A stretch of DNA of 48,839 nucleotides. Origin: Candidatus Fraserbacteria bacterium (GTDB lineage: Bacteria; Bipolaricaulota; Bipolaricaulia; RBG-16-55-9). The stretch covers positions 1 through 48,839 of the forward strand of contig JBBIOR010000001.1 of NCBI GenBank assembly GCA_037443265.1, written 5' to 3'. Every line of letters begins with the position of its first letter. The stretch's first letter is position 1. The notes under the pieces were generated by a model. The model worked only from the letters and a program-made list of their open reading frames with translations. It was not told the origin of the DNA and did no database searches. The position numbers were made by a program, and so were the translations under genes. Below are positions 45,521 to 48,839 of this stretch, one piece after another.

Positions 45521-46498
45521 ATGAGGGAAGAGCCTGTCAATTGGGGAGACGTCTTGCGGGCGGCCGAGATCTTGAAGGGCGTCGTCCATCGGACGCCGGT
45601 GATGAGCGCGCGCACGCTGAACGAGCTCTGCCACAATGAAGTCTTTCTGAAATGTGAGGGCTTTCAGAGGGCGGGGTCCTTCAAATTTCGAGGGGCCTAC
45701 TACGCCATGAGCCGACTCTCCCCGGAGCAGAGGCACCAAGGCGTGATCACGTTCTCATCAGGCAATCACGCGCAGGCGGTGGCGCTCAGTGGCCGGATTT
45801 TAAAGATTCCCACAGTGATCGTCATGCCCGAGGATGCGCCGCAGGTGAAGATCGCCGCCACCCGCAGCTACGGCGCGGAGATAGTCTTCTACAATCCAGA
45901 GGCAAGTCGGCGAGAGGAGCTAGCACACGCGTTGATGAGGGAGCGCGGCTTGACACTCATTCCACCGTTTGATCATCCCGATGTGATCGCGGGAGGGGGC
46001 ACAGCGGCCCAAGAGCTCTTCGAGGACGTAGGGCCGCTAGATTATCTCTTTGTGCCCTGTGGAGGAGGAGGGCTATTGAGCGGCTCAGCGTTGGTCGCTA
46101 AGGCGCTTGTGCCTCAGTGTCGCGTCTACGGCGTAGAGCCTGAGGCACATGATGACGGCAGACGTTCTTTTGAGAGCGGAGCGCTTCAACGCCTTGCGCA
46201 GCTTCCTCAGACGCTGGCAGACGGAGCGGCTCGGATGTATTCGCTGGGCGAGCTGACGTTTTCCCTCATCCGTCGCTATGTGGATGGGATGCTCACGGCC
46301 TCCGATGGAGATCTCGTGCGCACGATGCGCTTTCTTTGGGAGCGGCTCAAAATCATCGTGGAGCCCACGGGGGTACTGGGATTGGCTCCGCTTTTGGGCG
46401 GGCGTCTTGAGATTCGCGGAAAGCGCGTAGGGGTGATCCTCAGCGGGGGAAATGTCGATTTGCAAAGAGCTTGTGAGCTATTTGCCCGGAGCCATTGA
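45521..46498 (+). CDS. PLP-dependent threonine/serine dehydratase (fold-type II, catabolic TdcB-like).
   Basis: GSFKFRGA (PLP Lys), glycine-rich loop GGGGLLSG, 325 aa with no C-terminal ACT domain. Strong SD (TAGGAGGAG). Confidence 0.8.
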   Translation: MREEPVNWGDVLRAAEILKGVVHRTPVMSARTLNELCHNEVFLKCEGFQRAGSFKFRGAYYAMSRLSPEQRHQGVITFSSGNHAQAVALSGRILKIPTVIVMPEDAPQVKIAATRSYGAEIVFYNPEASRREELAHALMRERGLTLIPPFDHPDVIAGGGTAAQELFEDVGPLDYLFVPCGGGGLLSGSALVAKALVPQCRVYGVEPEAHDDGRRSFESGALQRLAQLPQTLADGAARMYSLGELTFSLIRRYVDGMLTASDGDLVRTMRFLWERLKIIVEPTGVLGLAPLLGGRLEIRGKRVGVILSGGNVDLQRACELFARSH

Positions 46499-46547
46499 CG
46501 GGGACGCCCCCACAGGGATATACTCAACGCATCGCCAAGGAGCTCCT

Positions 46548-47075
46548 ATGGCCAAGGCAGTCAAGCTGCGCAAGCCCAAAATTAAACGGCGAGGACCGGA
46601 GAAAACACTCATTAAGCTGCGTATAAACGACGAGCTTCATGAGATCTCCGTTGAGCCACGTCGCACTCTTCTTGATGCCCTGCGCAAAGATCTCGGACTC
46701 ACGGGCACAAAGAAGGGCTGTGATGAGGGAACTTGTGGGGCTTGTACTGTATTATTGGATGGAAAACCCATCTATGCGTGTCTGGCTCTGGCGATCGAGT
46801 GCGAAGAGCACTCTATTGAAACGATCGAAAATCTCTCAAAAGATGGGAAGCTACATCCCATTCAGCAGGCTTTTATCGAGTGTGATGCACTGCAGTGTGG
46901 CTTCTGCACGCCAGGCCAGATTCTCTCGATTAAGGCGCTGCTCGATTCAACCCCGAATCCCACACCTGATGATATAAAACGTGCCGTGTCGGGGAATCTG
47001 TGCCGCTGTGGGGCCTATCTCAATGTCCTCCGGGCGGCTCTTCGGGCCGCCGAGCGCCTAAGGGCCAAAAGCTAA
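46548..47075 (+). CDS. (2Fe-2S)-binding small subunit of a molybdenum hydroxylase (xanthine dehydrogenase / CO-dehydrogenase family, CoxS-like).
   Basis: Plant-type ferredoxin motif CDEGTCGACTV and second cluster CGFCTPG. ATG at 46548 after AAGGAG; the track ORF start at 46452 lies inside the upstream gene. Confidence 0.85.
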   Translation: MAKAVKLRKPKIKRRGPEKTLIKLRINDELHEISVEPRRTLLDALRKDLGLTGTKKGCDEGTCGACTVLLDGKPIYACLALAIECEEHSIETIENLSKDGKLHPIQQAFIECDALQCGFCTPGQILSIKALLDSTPNPTPDDIKRAVSGNLCRCGAYLNVLRAALRAAERLRAKS

Positions 47076-47076
47076 T

Positions 47077-48839
47077 ATGGCACGCGTCGTCAAGACCCAA
47101 GTCGAGTTCGAGGGGCGCTTCTTTGAAGAATATATTGTGATCGAAGGCGAAGACGTCCCACCCTGGGGCCGCGACGAGAAATTTTCTATCGTGGGGACGC
47201 CCCAGTCCCGAATTGACGGCACGGAGCGCGTCACAGGAGCGGCCAAATTCACCCACGATATTCAAATCCCTGGGATGCTCTACGGAAAGATTCTCAGATG
47301 CCCGCACCCGCACGCGCGCCTCAAGATGCTCAATATAAGACAGGCGGAAAGATTGCCCGGCGTGCGAGCCGTTCTCTCACATCTCAACATGCCTAAGATC
47401 CCCTGGCGCATGGGCCAGACTCTTTTGTTCGACGAGACGCTGCGCTACGCCGGCGAAGAGGTGGCGTGTGTCATCGCCGACGACGAAGAGATTTGCGAAG
47501 ACGCACTCGAACTCATCGAAGTTGAATACGAGCTTCTGCCCTTCATCACAGATCCCCTAAAAGCTCTGGAGCCCGACGCGCCCAAAGTGCACGAATCGGG
47601 CAATCTCTGGGGCGGCGCTCCAGAAGTCTACCAACGCGGCGACCTCGAAAAGGGCTTTGCAGAGGCAGATCTCATCGTCGAAGGGATGTTCAGGACGCAG
47701 ACGGCCCTTCATAATTGTCTAGAAACCCACGGCAGCCTCGCGCTCTGGGAGGGGGATTCGCTCACCCTCTGGGACTCCACCCAGCACATCTTTGGGGTGC
47801 GCGATGCGGTAGCCCAAGCATTGGGGCTGCCCAAGCACAAAGTGCGCGTCATCAAGCAATACATGGGCGGAGGTTTCGGCAGCAAAAATCAAGCCGGGAA
47901 ATACACGGTGATGGCCGCGCTCGCGGCGAAGATGACGGGTCGCCCTGTGAAGATCCTGCTCGATCGACACGAAGAGAATCTCGCCACGGGCAATCGGCCC
48001 TCGAGTATCCAGACGCTCAAGATCGGGGCCAAGAGGGATGGCACACTGACGGCGATTTATCACAAATCGATCGTGAATCTGGGAGCGTATGCCACCTGGG
48101 GTGGAGGGACGACCGGCCCGACGCGCCGACTCTATGCTTGTGCCAACGTGAAGACGGAAGACTATGGGGTCTTCACGAATCTCGGCCCCTTCAGCGCGTT
48201 TCGTGCGCCCGGCTATGTGGAGGGCACCTTCGCCCTCGAATCCATGATAGACGAGCTGGCCTGCAAGCTCCATCTAGATCCCTTGGAGATCCGCCTGCGC
48301 AATTACGCGGAAAGAGATCCGGCCACGGGTTTCCCCTATACGACCAAAGGCTTAAGAGAGGCGTATGAGCGGGGAGCCAAGCTGATTGGCTGGCGGACGC
48401 GCGAGCTCATCAAGCGCGAGCGATCCAGCCCAGCCCGAAAGATCGGCTTTGGGATGGCCAGTCAGATCTGGGGCGGCGCAGGCGGCCCGCCGGCTTATGC
48501 TCTCGTCAAGATCAATCCCGACGGCACGGCCGTAGTCATCACCGGCACGCAAGACATTGGGACGGGCACCAAGACGGCTCTGGCACAAATAGCCGCGGAA
48601 GCCCTCCATTTCCCCATGGATCGGGTGAGGGTGGAGCTGGGGGACACGCAGCTGGGCGTCTATTCGCCCTTGAGCGCGGGGAGCATGACGCTGGCCTCCG
48701 TGGGGCCGGCCGTACGCGCGGCCGCCGAAGACGCTCGAAAGCAACTGCTCGATGTCAGTTCTCAAGTGCTGGGAGTGCCCAGAGAGCATCTAAAGATCGA
48801 GCAGGGCGAATTTCTCGCTGCGCGCTCAGGCGAAGGCGA
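47077..48839 (+). CDS. Molybdopterin-binding large subunit of a molybdenum hydroxylase (CoxL/XdhA/aldehyde oxidase-like), 3'-partial.
   Basis: Hand translation from the ATG at 47077: MARVVKTQVEFEGRFFEE...GTPQSRIDGTERVTGAAKFTHD...QYMGGGFGSKNQ (GGGFG motif). Open to the window end, so absent from the stop-bounded ORF track. Confidence 0.85.
   Translation, partial: MARVVKTQVEFEGRFFEEYIVIEGEDVPPWGRDEKFSIVGTPQSRIDGTERVTGAAKFTHDIQIPGMLYGKILRCPHPHARLKMLNIRQAERLPGVRAVLSHLNMPKIPWRMGQTLLFDETLRYAGEEVACVIADDEEICEDALELIEVEYELLPFITDPLKALEPDAPKVHESGNLWGGAPEVYQRGDLEKGFAEADLIVEGMFRTQTALHNCLETHGSLALWEGDSLTLWDSTQHIFGVRDAVAQALGLPKHKVRVIKQYMGGGFGSKNQAGKYTVMAALAAKMTGRPVKILLDRHEENLATGNRPSSIQTLKIGAKRDGTLTAIYHKSIVNLGAYATWGGGTTGPTRRLYACANVKTEDYGVFTNLGPFSAFRAPGYVEGTFALESMIDELACKLHLDPLEIRLRNYAERDPATGFPYTTKGLREAYERGAKLIGWRTRELIKRERSSPARKIGFGMASQIWGGAGGPPAYALVKINPDGTAVVITGTQDIGTGTKTALAQIAAEALHFPMDRVRVELGDTQLGVYSPLSAGSMTLASVGPAVRAAAEDARKQLLDVSSQVLGVPREHLKIEQGEFLAARSGEG

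Noticed and set aside
47715-48368. Plus-strand ORF 47715..48368 and minus ORFs 47719..48273 and 48352..48789 inside the Mo-hydroxylase large subunit region
   Set aside because: Wrong-frame or antisense. Hand translation from the ATG at 47077 gives an uninterrupted CoxL/XdhA-like protein through the window end, which the stop-bounded ORF track cannot list.

Overview
The window is a high-GC (~60%) bacterial chromosomal segment; I saw no rRNA, tRNA, CRISPR array or IS element.

Left end (1-6040): a two-gene module present twice in tandem. Each copy has a large Cys/aromatic-rich protein carrying a Pro-rich linker, then a signal-peptide right-handed beta-helix protein. Both beta-helix proteins end in a shared C-terminal ...LCPxDxPWPxxFIKKP motif. 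The first copy is clearly AT-richer than the rest of the window, which suggests recent acquisition. A small secreted, apparently frameshifted beta-barrel-like ORF follows.

Middle: an amidohydrolase-2, an SLC13 permease, a tandem UspA and a Kef-type CPA2 antiporter. A minus-strand de novo purine operon follows, with unusual fusions (PurS-PurS-PurL and a PAICS-like PurC-PurE) and an archaeal-type proS embedded in it. Then an nfeD-flotillin pair plus an orphan gene, and an operon eIF2B-like / CinA-like / MacB-type ABC / PQQ sugar dehydrogenase.

Right half: threonine aldolase, RidA, an hsp20 preceded by a consensus sigma70 promoter and a CIRCE-like operator, Zn-ADH, an S1 protein and glutamate dehydrogenase. 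Then a surface lipoprotein, an S8 subtilisin and an MBL hydrolase; a dihaem cytochrome c; a TPR protein with an ATP-dependent DNA ligase; an FAD oxidase; a secreted metzincin; a threonine dehydratase; and Mo-hydroxylase 2Fe-2S and Moco subunits (3' partial).

Many long antisense or wrong-frame ORFs in the supplied track are GC-driven artefacts and were rejected.
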